Assembly (NCBI RefSeq): GCF_009834535.1
Contig: NC_045704.1
Location: forward strand, 9,486,001-9,550,000
Direction: 5' to 3'
DNA length: 64,000 nucleotides
From: Camelus ferus
Lineage: Eukaryota
Below the pieces are notes generated by a model, which worked only from the letters and a program-made list of their open reading frames with translations, was not told the DNA's origin and searched no databases. Each line of letters begins with the position of its first letter. Within the stretch, counting starts at the first letter, position 1. Shown one piece after another: positions 35,801 to 46,239 of the stretch. The position numbers were made by a program, and so were the translations under genes.

Positions 35801-38800
35801 GGTGGGGGCTGACCCCCAGAGCAGCACAAATTGTATTTGTCCATTTGTCCAGTACAAATGCAATGCAAGCCACATATGTAACTCAAACTTCTTTTTTTAT
35901 TAGCTACATTTTAAAAAGTAAAACAAGTACAGGTAAATTTAATCCTAGGAGCATATTTTATTCAACTTTTTACAGCTGAAATCTCATAATTTCAACATTA
36001 ATCAATATAAAACATTATTAGTGAAATAGTTGATATTCTTTTGTTCCAAACCACATCTACCCAATCCAGCGTGGGTATCTTACCGACAGCCCCTCTGATC
36101 TGGACCAGTCACATTCCAGGTCCTCAGAACCACGTGTCGCTGGTGCCACCCATCAAGGAGGTCAAACTACTCACAGTCTTTCTTCGCTTTTGTCCACTCA
36201 GCCGTCCCGTGGTTCCTCCACTGATCCCGCCGAAGATCCCAGAAGGGGAACGTGTGGACTTCGATGTAAGTAATGGACGTCCCATCCCAGGCAAATTAGG
36301 GTGCAAATTAGGAAGAGGCGCCCCCCCCCCACTTGTGGAATTGCGTCCTGAGAGCCCACTAGTGTCCGAACACGATGCTTTGCTGCCATCTTCTGGAAAC
36401 ATAGTGCACAGCAGCCGTCTGGCTCCGTAGCCAGTCAAGCCTACCGATTCTTGCTGGGAAGGGCTCCCCCTCCTGATGCTTCTCAGATGTGCCGAGAGGT
36501 TGGCGCCTTCTGGGGCACCGCCTGGGAATGACAGGGCTCCCATCCTCCGTCCCTTAGGACATCCACCGGAAGCGCATGGAAAAAGATCTGCTGGAGCTGC
36601 AGACGCTCATCGACGTGCATTTTGAGCAGCGGAAGAAAGAGGAAGAGGAGCTCGTGGCGCTGAAAGAACGCATTGTGAGTCGAGGGAGGCGGGGCTCCTT
36701 GAGCTCTGCCCCCTCTTTCCACCCTTTGGATCTTGGGAGACACGGAGAGCGGTTCCTGTCCAGTACAGGCTTGCAGCTGAAACCTTTGGGAATGTACCCA
36801 AGTCCGTGTCCATCCCCACTCTTGACCTAGCCTGGGAAGGGATGTGTCGGGGTAGGTGGAGGTCCCTGCACCCCCTCATTCTTCTCCCTCCCCCAGGAGC
36901 GCCGCCGGGCAGAGAGAGCTGAGCAACAGCGCTTCAGAACCGAGAAGGAACGCGAGCGTCAGGCCAAGTTGGCGGTGGGTGCCTCCTCCCTCCTGGGAGC
37001 CCAAATGCTCCTTTTTCAGCCAGGCATTACCATTTTCCATTCATGACATTCTCTGTGATCCCAAGAAAGTCATCATGCTGTATTATTCAAAGATCTTTCT
37101 GTTGGAAGTGACAGAAACCCAAGCCCAAACTGGATTCAGCAGAAAGAGAATTTAATTGGCTTATAAAATGAAAAAGTCTAGCTTGCTTCAGGCATGGCTG
37201 GATCAAGGGACACAAATGATATCACAAAGATGCAGCTTTTCTCTTCCCATCTCTTAACTAATCTCTCTGTGGATACTGGGGTGACCAACTCATCCTGGTT
37301 TGCCTGGGACTTCCCTGGTCTGAGCCCTGAAAATCCTGCATCCCATCAGTCTCAGGCAAACCAGATGGTTGGTCACCCTACTGGACACCCTTGTTCCTAG
37401 GCAGGGGTGGCAAATGGCCACCAGCAGCTCTGGCTTAACCCCCTCTTCCCTCTGTCTCCTGCACAACCCCTGGGATGTTTTCAGACTGTTCGCCAGTCCA
37501 TTGTGGATTGACCCACTGGCTAGTTGGGGGACAGGGGCTAGATACTTCTGTTGCTTTAGGCCTTGGAAACATGACCTGAATTGGCATCTGGAATTGACTC
37601 ACTCAAACCACTTGTAAGGAATAGGAATCAGCTGGTGGGGAAGACAAAGTACTGGTCTCCCAATGATGTCCACGTTCTCATGTCCCAAGTCTATGAATGT
37701 GGGAACTTACATGGGGAAGGGGACTTTACAGATGTGATTAAGTCAAGGATCTTGAGACAGGATTATCCTAGATTTTCTGGGTGAGTCCAATGTCATCACA
37801 AGGGTCCTTATAAGAGGGAGGACCTTTGAAGATGGAGGAAGGGGCCATGAGCCAAGGGATGCAGGCAGCCCCCTAGAAGCTGGAAAAGACAGGGGAGGGA
37901 ACCTGAACCTCCTCTAGAGCCTCTAGAAGGAACCGGCCCTGCTCACACTTGACTTAGCCCACTGAGGCCCACTTCAGACTTCTGAACTTCAGAACTTGGA
38001 GATGACAAACTTGCATTGCTTTAAGCCACTATTGGTTAAGCCAGAATTTGTTTGCAAGTTACAGCAGTGAGAGGAAGCTCGTTCAGCTGGGGAATGCTGG
38101 GCTAGCGAAGAACATCAGGCCCACCTCATGGGCCCTTCCAAGGGGCAGGGGGTTGGTCTGGCCAAGCCGCTATTTCTGGTGTATGCAATGCAGGCTTTCC
38201 AGACTGGTGGCGATAGTCTCAGTGAAGGCATTCTAGAACCCCTTCCTCAGGCTCAAAGCCAAGAGCCTTTTTACTGCTCCAGGCACCCCCACACACACGC
38301 ACACACCAATTCCCATTACCAGTGACCCTCCTTGACCTTCTGAGGACATTCTTGTCTCATAAAACTAAGGGAGATTAAGTCCCGAGAGGGTATGTGTCTG
38401 CACTGAGATCACACAGCAAAGGTCACCACTGGCCATTTCAGCCTGCAGGGATGAAGAAAAAAGCAAGCATCTCCCTCCCCGACTAGAACTTTTGCTGTTG
38501 AGGGGGTGGATGTTAAGACCCCGAGAGGAGGAATGACTTGCAGGGGGTCACTGGGCCAGGCCTGGAGGGGCCTGGAGGGGCCAGGAGGGGAGCACCTGCA
38601 TCCTTGCCTGTTCTCATACCAACCTGGTCTCCCATGCTTGGGTCTGACTTAGCACAGAACCCAGCGCCCCTCCCATATGCCCATCTCAGACCGCCTCCCC
38701 TCTCAATCCAGGAGCCTGGGGGAGGCCCCGGGATTAACCCCTTTCTTCCCACAGGAGGAGAAGATGCGGAAGGAAGAGGAAGAGGCCAAGAAGCGGGCTG

Positions 38801-41800
38801 AGGATGATGCCAAAAAGAAGAAGGTTCTGTCCAACATGGGGGCCCACTTTGGGGGTTACCTGGTCAAGGTGAGTTCAATCTGCTGGGGCCTGAGGTCTAG
38901 GTTCCCAGGGAAGAGGTGACTGAGAGCCCAGACTTCTGGTTCCTGAGGGGAGGAGTGCTGGGAGCCTGGACCCCTGGGTCTGAGGGAGGAGGGGCTTGGG
39001 GTCTAGATCACTGGGGTCCTGAGGGAGATGGTATCGGGGAACATAGACCCCTGGGTCCTGATGGGGAGCCATCTGGAGGATCTACCCCCAGCTCAAGCTG
39101 TCCCCTTCCAACCCTCAGGCAGAACAGAAGCGGGGTAAGCGCCAGACAGGGCGTGAAATGAAACAGCGCATCCTGTCTGAGCGTAAAAAGCCCCTGAACA
39201 TCGACCACATGGGAGAGGACCAGCTCCGGTAGGTGGAGGGGGGCCTGGGTGGGAGACAGGTAGATAAGGGCACCCGGCGGGCAGAGCCAGGTGGGTGGAA
39301 ACCCTGATGCCTTGTGACTTTGGGCAAGAGTCTCTCCCCTTCTGATCCCTTAGCCTGCCCTGTGGAATGTTTCACTGATAGAGGACCCATGTGTTGTGGG
39401 TGACCATGTTGTCTTAAGGATGTCCCCTGGGAACTCCAAACGGGCCCCAAATTCCACTTGAATTAAAGCCAGATCTCTTCCTGACGGGGCCCTATCTCAC
39501 TCTTGGCACAGCCTGCATCTCATGATAGCCGTAAAAGGCTGGGGAAGGTCTTTCCTTCAGGGGCCTCACCCGTGTCTTGAAATTCTCCGTCCTGGGCACA
39601 GCCCTTAAACTTGGAAATGTTCACCACCCCAGAGGGGGCACAACGATGGGGTTTGGAGCTCAAAATCTGAAACCCCTTGCTCAGTGCTGCCCGCCACCCC
39701 ACCCCCAGCTGTGTGATCTTAGGCACGATGTTTAATTTCTCTGAGCCTTGCTTTCCTCATTGGTAAAATGGGGATATGGTAACAAAATCTACCTCAAACA
39801 GGAGGGGTGAGGGTATAGCTCAGTGGTAGAGTGTGTGGTTAGCATGCACCAAATCCTCGGTTCAGTCCCCACTCCCTCCATTACAATAAATAAATAAACT
39901 TAATTACCTCCCCCCCAAATAAAATTTAAAAAAAAATATACACCTCATAGAGCTGTGAAATGTCAGTGAGATGATAATAGTAGTAATCAGTTATCATCGT
40001 CATCTTTATCATCATGGTGGCAGCAGGTAGACATTAGTATTACCCTCATGTTAAAGGTGAGCAACTTGAGGCACAGAGAGGTTAAGTAACCTTCCCAGGG
40101 TTGCACAGCTTGCAGGTGGAAGAGTGGGGATTAGAACCTAGGCACTCTGCTGCCATCAGTGGTGCTCTTCCTCACTGTTTTATAAAGGGTTGTGATGGTA
40201 AATGTTTAACAAGTGGATCTCCATGGGCTGAAAGTCCACATTTTAGCATTTGCTCATGTCTGTGGTGTAGATACTCCCACTACACTGATTTCTTTTTCTT
40301 TCTTTCTTATTTTTTTCTGAGTGGAGAGAGGTAATCAGGTTTATTTATTTTTAATTTTTTTTTTAACGAAGATGCTGGGATTGAACACAGGACCTCATGT
40401 ATGCTAGGCAGGAGTTCTACCACTGAGCTACACCCTACCTCCCCTCTCCCTGCTGATTTCAAACTACCCGTGTGATGACCCTACACTTGGGGTCGGGAAA
40501 GGATGTGCTGAGTTGGCTCTCGGAAGGCTCCAGCCCACCATGGGCTATGTACCCTCCCTCTTCAGTCATGTTATCCCAGTGTCTCACACTAAATAACATG
40601 TCGCTAATGTTCTTTTCCCCTCCTTTTTCCTTCCCCACCACACGTCCACTCATAATTGGGGGTCCACTCATACTTTTTGAGGAGCTCCAGTTACCTAAGT
40701 TTTATTTATTAGGTAGTGGTCATAGGATGGTCTCTAAAATTTTTAAATAAAATACACCATGGAGGAGAGAGCATTTGAAAACAATTAGTTGCCAAAAGAA
40801 AACAAAGAATGTTAGTAAGATTAGAAAGAATAGTAACAACGAGCTTCACTGAGTGTTTATAATTGCCAGGCACTTTATGCCTATTATCTCATCCTGTAGC
40901 AGCTCAGTGCAGTAGATTTTTATTAGTTAAGAATAAATTTGGCCACTCCACCATTTTTCGCCTGGTATTTCCATCTTCAAAAATCACCTCAAGGTCCAGT
41001 GTGGCTGCTGGAGCTCCAGCCATCACAGCCAAGCAGCAGAAAGAAATTGCAAGGGAATAGCCACAAAGGTTTACCTGGAAGCCCCACCCAATGATGTAGT
41101 TTCATCCCACTGGCCACCCCACCTGCAAGGGAGATTGGGAAGAGTGGTTTTTAAACTAAGCCTACCACAAAAATTTCTCTATCTAAAGAACAAAGAGAGA
41201 AGAGATACTGAGTGGGCAACCAGCCATCTCTCTTGCAGTTTTATTTGTCCACTTTTCTGGAGAGGGAAATGGGATCCTAGGAGAAGTCACTTGGCTGTAG
41301 TCACAAACCAGAGAATGACAGAGCTGGTACTGGAACCAAGGCTTTCTGACTCTGGGGCCTGGGCCCTAAACCATGCCATCATTTTCCCTTAAGGAAACAT
41401 GAACTCTCCATTTTAGATACGGAGGAAGTGGGGCAGAGATTTAAAAGCCTTTGCCACAATTCACTCTGAATATTGTGGCCTCAGCTGTTAACAAAATAGC
41501 ACCCATCATGCCAAACTCAGAGACTGGCTGTGTGGCTTTGAACCACTGCCTCAACCTCTCTAGGCCCTGGGGTATGGCCTGGCTCCCTTGCATGACTGCC
41601 CTTCTGCCCTGCCAGGGAAAAGGCCCAGGAACTGTCAGACTGGATCCACCAGCTGGAGTCCGAGAAGTTTGACCTGATGGCCAAGTTGAAGCAGCAGAAA
41701 TATGAGGTGAGACCCATCTCTGCTGGGCGCCCAGGCTAGACCCAGGATGGAGCAGGGCAGGGGCGGGAGGGGGCCGGCCTGTCCCTCAGCACCTCCTCCT

Positions 41801-42872
41801 GCCTCCGCAGATCAATGTGCTGTACAACCGCATCAGCCACGCGCAGAAGTTGTAAGTGCAAACAGGGCCCTGGCCCCACCCCCCTCCCTCTGACTCTCAG
41901 GGCCTCTCTTTCCTTCCCTCTAACTTCCCCCCACTTTGTGAGTTTCAGTCTCTCACCCTTTCTTGGGGGCCCTACCTTTGTCCCTCTTTCTTGGGAAAAG
42001 TTCTCTCCACGCTCCAACTCTCTTGGAGTCTCAATCCTTGCTTTTTTTTCTTTTCCTTTTTTGGGAGGGGGAGGTAACTAGGTTTATTTGTGTATTTATT
42101 TATTGATGCGGGTATTGGGGATTGACCCCAGGACCACATGCATGCTAAGCACAAGCTCTACCCTACCCCCCATCCCTGTTTCTATGTCCCTCTAAATCAC
42201 TGGTTCTTGGGGAGGGGGTGGTCTTGCCCCGCCCCCGCCCCAGGGGACACGGGGCAATGTCTGGAACATGTTTGGGGAGGGGGATGCTACTGGCACCTGG
42301 TGGGTGGAGCCCAGGGACACTGCTCAACACCCTACAAGGCACAGGACGGCCCCCACCACAGAATGATTTGGCCCAAATGTCACCAGTGCTGAGGCTGAGA
42401 AGCCCAGCTGTCAACCTTTCTTCCTGTTCTTGCTGGGTCTCCCGGCTGCTCCGCATCCCTCCCTACCACCCGTCTGATCTCTATTCACTTTCTCTCATTT
42501 TCCATCCTCCTGTCTCTTTCACCCCAGCCTCCCGGTCCCCTCTGGCATGTTGCTCCCTCAGTCACCCATCCCTTCGTTCCCCAGCCCCTGTATCCATAAA
42601 CACTTATCAGCACCCAAATGAACATCCTGAACTCATGCACTGATGTCAACTTCCCCTGTGATGGTTAATCGCTCCACCCCAGTCAGTGAACCCAACGGGA
42701 AGGCACTTGCTGGCCTCTTCCCCTGGTGGGGAGGGCGGGTATTTGGAGGGGATCGACTTCCTGAATTGAGGGCAGGGGCCCCCTCTCAAGGGTCAGTCCT
42801 GCCTGATAACCCTCCTTCTCCTACAGCCGGAAGGGGGCCGGGAAGGGCCGCGTTGGAGGTCGCTGGAAGTGA
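32885..42872 (+). CDS. TNNT1: Slow skeletal troponin T, complete (262 aa with alternative exon 5)
   Basis: Exons 32885-32916, 33026-33039, 33318-33344, 33581-33613, 34398-34419, 36202-36265, 36558-36674, 36897-36974, 38755-38868, 39119-39228, 41616-41706, 41811-41851, 42827-42872 total 789 nt. They encode [34 protein letters not shown] and KGRVGGRWK. Confidence 0.98.
33740..33758 (-). promoter_or_regulatory. Near-consensus CTCF motif in TNNT1 intron 5
   Basis: Minus strand TGGCCACCAGAGGGCGCGC compared with the consensus TGGCCACCAGGGGGCGCTA. Confidence 0.75.
35830..36170. mobile_element. MER3/MER33-like DNA transposon just upstream of TNNT1 exon 7 (a related copy at about 56130-56410)
   Basis: AATGCAAGCCACATATGTAA...CACATTCCAGGTCCTCAGAACCACGTGTCGCTGGTG. 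Confidence 0.6.
37277..37380. mobile_element. hAT MITE (MER96-like) with terminal inverted repeats, nested in an MLT1 fragment
   Basis: TIRs GGGTGACCAAC...GTTGGTCACCC; degenerate 8-bp flanks GTGGATAC and CTGGACAC. Confidence 0.7.
37630..38075 (+). mobile_element. MLT1 (ERVL-MaLR) solo LTR
   Basis: GACTTTACAGATGTGATTAAG...GGGTCCTTATAAGAGGGAGG...GCTTTAAGCCAC. Confidence 0.8.
38885..39070 (+). repeat. MSR1-like array in TNNT1 intron 10
   Basis: GGAGCCTGGACCCCTGGGTCTGAGGGAGGAGGGGCTTGGGGTCTAGA... (about 5 units). Confidence 0.8.
39804..39936 (+). mobile_element. tRNA-Ala-derived camelid SINE inserted in a MIR
   Basis: GGGTATAGCTCAGTGGTAGAG...GGTTCAGTCCCC...AATAAATAAATAAACTTAATTACCTCCCCCCC, then an A tail. 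Confidence 0.85.
40289..40444 (-). mobile_element. tRNA-Ala-derived camelid SINE
   Basis: Plus strand T tail...GGGATTGAACACAGGACCTC...CTACCACTGAGCTACACCC. Confidence 0.85.
42041..42170 (-). mobile_element. tRNA-Ala-derived camelid SINE (degenerate head)
   Basis: GGGAGGGGGAGGTAACTAGGTTTATTT...GGGGATTGACCCCAGGACC...GCATGCTAAGCAC. Confidence 0.8.
42202..42408 (+). mobile_element. MER20
   Basis: CCAGGGGACACGGGGCAATGTCTGGA...GGATGCTACTGGCACC...CAGTGCTGAGGCTGAGAAGCCC. Confidence 0.75.
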
Positions 42873-42940
42873 GGTGGGGACGCTGGCCCACCCCGAGGCA
42901 CCTGGGCGCCCTTGGAGTGTGTGCCCCATCTGTGGCTTGA

Positions 42941-42946
42941 AATAAA
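42941..42946 (+). terminator. TNNT1 polyadenylation signal (AATAAA)
   Basis: Canonical hexamer about 69 nt after the stop. Confidence 0.9.
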
Positions 42947-43049
42947 CGCTACACTTTTAGACACCTGCTGAATTCTTTGATTGTTATTATTAACACGTGG
43001 TTACCACTCGGGTAAATGCCGAGGCCAGGGACTCGCGATCTGATCTGAT

Positions 43050-43830
43050 CCTCAACAGCCGCGGTGATGATGTGAAAAGTTGGACCCTCACACACTGTGG
43101 TGGGAATGGAAAATGGTGCAGCCACTTTGGGAAACAGTCCCGTGGTTCCTTGAAAAGTTAAACGTAGAGGGGGTGGGGGGATAGCTCAGTGGTAGAGCGC
43201 GTGCTTAGCATGCAGGAGGTCCTGGGCTCAATTCCCAGTACCTCCGTTAAAAAACAAAAACAAAAACACATGTTACATGTAGAGTTACCAGAGAACTCAG
43301 CAGTGCTGTTCCAAGAGAACAGAAAACCTATATCCGCACAAAAACGTACGATTGTTGGCAGCAGAATTATTCGCCATAGCCAAGAGGTGGAAACAACCGA
43401 AAGGTCCGTTAACCAATGCATGGATCTCAGGGACTATCACTGAGCCATGAAAAGAAGTGAGGTGCTGACACTGGCTACAACGCAGACAAATCTCAAAATC
43501 ATCACGTGTGAAAGAAGCCAGACCACATCTTGTGGGATTCCATCGATACGAAATTCCCAGAAGGCAAGTCCACCAAGGCAGGAAGTGAGTAGTGGTCTCC
43601 AGGGACTGGAGGAAGGGAGGAACGTGGCGGTGGTGGTGGTGGTGATGGCGATGGCTTAAGAAATGGTGTTTCTTTGTGAGGGGTGGTGAAGATGCTCTGG
43701 AATTCGGTAGTAGTCATGGCTGCACAACCTTGTGACTAGATTTAAAAAAAAAAACAAACCCACTGAATTGCACCCTTTGAAATGGTAGCTTTTTCAGGAT
43801 GGGAATTACATCTGAATTTACAAATGTAAA
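43050..43830 (+). mobile_element. L1M 3' fragment
   Basis: AAAATGGTGCAGCCACTTTGGGAAACAG...GCACAACCTTGTGACTAG...CACTGAATTGCACCCTTTGAAATGG. Confidence 0.75.
43168..43268 (+). mobile_element. Short-form tRNA-Ala(AGC) retrocopy/SINE inserted in an L1
   Basis: GGGGGATAGCTCAGTGGTAGAGCGCGTGCTTAGCATGCAGGAGGTCCTGGGCTCAATTCCCAGTACCTCC followed directly by an A-rich tail; TSD-like GTTAAACGTAGAG and GTTACATGTAGAG. Confidence 0.85.
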
Positions 43831-44114
43831 ACCCAGCCAAATAAAAACATTTGCAACGCTGTCTCTGGGAGGGTCGCTTTGTGACAAATTATTGCCCACC
43901 ATTTGCTGGTGTGCCTCTATGACTTTCAAAACAGAACTTATAGTAATGAGCATGAAGGTCTGGCTCCTGGGCCTCAAATCTACCAATTACTGCTGTTTAG
44001 ACAAAATAGTTGAGTCAGAGTTGAGATGGGGCTGTTTTGTGAAGTCCGGGCATGGGTTCCTTCGTTTGTGTCTACCATCCCCACGATGTTGCTGCCTTTG
44101 TCAGAGGGTAAGTG

Positions 44115-44440
44115 CTGGGAACTGAAGGCTTGGATGTCTCCCCCGTCTCCTCCCCAAAAGCCATATGTTGAAGCTCCAGTGGACTGGTGTTGGGAGGTAG
44201 GGCCTTGGGGAGGTCATCAGGTTTAGTTGAGGGCTTGAGGGTGGGCCCCCCATGATGGAATTAGTGTCCTTATACGTAGATGAAGAGACCAGAGACCTCT
44301 CTCCATCATGTGAGGACACACCAGTAGGTGGCCATCTATAAGTCAGGAGGAAGGTTCTCACCAGAAAACCATGAGAAGTAAATGGCCCTTGTTTAAGCCA
44401 CGTGGTCTGTGGTATTTTCCTCGGAAGAGCCCGAGTCAAT
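44115..44440 (+). mobile_element. MLT1-type MaLR solo LTR
   Basis: CCCCAAAAGCCATATGTTGAAG...CATGATGGAATTAGTGTCCTTATA...GTTTAAGCCAC...GTGGTATTT. Confidence 0.8.
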
Positions 44441-44734
44441 TAAGACAATGAGACTGACCTGTCAGCCTTCTTTACAGACAGTAGGAGCGGGCAAAATGGA
44501 AGGCAGAGACAGTCTCCCACCCACTCAATCCCACTGGTGGAAGTTAATTATATAACTATCTCCAGCTTCAAGGAGGCTGGGAATATAGCCCTTGTTCTAC
44601 GTGGCCCATTAGACCCAGCTTGCGATATAACAATTATCACAGTCATGCACAGGAACCCTAACGACAGATGGATGATTTAAGCTCCTCGGAGAAGGAGGTG
44701 GGTGTGCGTGTTAAGTGGGAAGTGTGGGACTTAG

Positions 44735-46080
44735 GGACTACACATCCCAAGATCCACTAGGACTGCTCTCCCCTCTGTATCCATCGCGGCGGTCCCCAAG
44801 CCTCATGGGACTTGTAGTTTGTTTCTTTGCACAGGCCCAAGGACTTAGAGTGGGTAGGCTGCTCCAACGTCCCTTGGGGGAAAAAAAGTCTGTTGCCTCT
44901 GTCTGGATTTCAGCACCTTTCTGTGCGATTTTGATGGGCCTTTGTTAGGTTCGCAAAGTGCCCGGCTCTTTCCCAATGAAGATTTAGGTGCAGAGTACCT
45001 AAGATGAGGATTATTTCGGATTTCAGAGTGCTATGTGTGAGACCATTCGCCCTCCATGTATTCGCACTCCTCGCGCCAGACTACAAATCCCAGCATGTTT
45101 TGTGAGGGTGTAGTGCTCGGACTACATTTCCCAGCGTGCTCCACGTCCCAGTGTGCTAGCTGTAGAAGGAGGGGGCAGTGAAGGTTCTGAGAGCCTTGTC
45201 ATTGAGGACCTCGCCTCTTGGGTTCTTTTCCGGATGTGATCCAGGGGTTGCCATTAGGGACTCTGGATTTCTCTTGCCTTTGAGCCTGATGTCTTGGGGT
45301 GCTTTCAGATTCTACCTGGGACCAACTGTACCTTCAGGGGCATGGCCTTACGGACTACATTTCCCAGCGTGCCCAGCGACCGATGGCCATGATCTTTGTA
45401 AAGCAAGCTTTACTTCCCAGCATGCCCTGGGCGATCACCGGGGAGGCTTGGAAGAGAATTGTCTTCATGATCTAAGGGTTGTGGACTCAATTTCCCATGG
45501 TGTCCTGGTGTTTCCCACGACCTAGGGAATCCATTCATTCATTCATTCAAACAAAACTATTTTCGATCGCGTTCTATTAGGCTCAGTTTCGGGTACTGGG
45601 AACTGGGAGTGCACAAAAGACAAAAATCCCTGTCCTCCTGGGGTTTATTTCTAGTTGAAGGGAGCATAAAAACCCAAATTAAATAAGTTGCATAGTATGA
45701 GGAAAGTGGATAAGGTATATGGTAAAATTAGTTCGATATCTTTTAGGACTCCCAGGCTGTCGAGCCTTTTCCTACCAGGTCTGGGGAGCAGCAATTCGTC
45801 ACCTTGATGCGGTGAACTACATTTCCCAGCATGCCCTGGGGGCACGCCTCCTGCCGTTAGACTCCGTCTCCCGGAGTTCCCGGGAGCGTCCTCCCAGTCA
45901 GATTTCCTTTGACACCTCACACCTGCGAATTTCCCAGTGTGCCTCGGGGCAGATCGAGGCCGGAATGTTGCCAGGAGCAATTTCCGCTCTTGGACTCCAT
46001 TTCCCAGCGCCCCCCGCGGCCTTCCCTGCGGCGGCTGCCCTTCACCTCTCCAGGCTGCGGACTCCATTTCCCAGCGCGCC
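44735..46080. promoter_or_regulatory. PPP1R12C promoter with a homotypic cluster of ACTACAnnTCCCA (ZNF143/THAP11) motifs
   Basis: Motifs start at about 44737, 44806 (minus), 45080, 45121, 45354, 45407, 45485, 45816, 45861, 45923, 45994 and 46061, running into a CpG island. Confidence 0.8.
45535..45700 (-). mobile_element. LINE-2 3' end inside the PPP1R12C promoter cluster
   Basis: (CATT)4 tail followed by L2-type sequence. Confidence 0.6.
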
Positions 46081-46189
46081 CTGGAGCGGCGTGGTGACGT
46101 CGCGCGCCGGGCGGGGGCCGGTAGATCCTCCGGCAGCGCGGGGCGGGCGGCAGTTCCCGGCGGCCCCGGGGCGGGCGGCGGCGGCTCAG

Positions 46190-46219
46190 GGTTCAGAGCT
46201 GGGCGTCGCTCGCTCGCTC
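46190..46219 (+). promoter_or_regulatory. Ortholog of the AAVS1 terminal-resolution site and Rep-binding site
   Basis: GGTTCA-GAGCTGGGCGTC-GCTCGCTCGCTC ends about 20 nt before the ATG, in the same position as the recalled human GGTTGG-GGCTCGGC-(GCTC)3GCTG. Confidence 0.75.
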
Positions 46220-46239
46220 TCGGGCGGGCGGGCGGCGCT

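Noticed and set aside
43176-43246. Functional tRNA-Ala(AGC) gene
   Set aside because: T-loop/B-box is mutated (GCTCAA), it is followed by an A-rich tail rather than a T-run terminator, and it has TSD-like flanks, so it is a retroposed copy.
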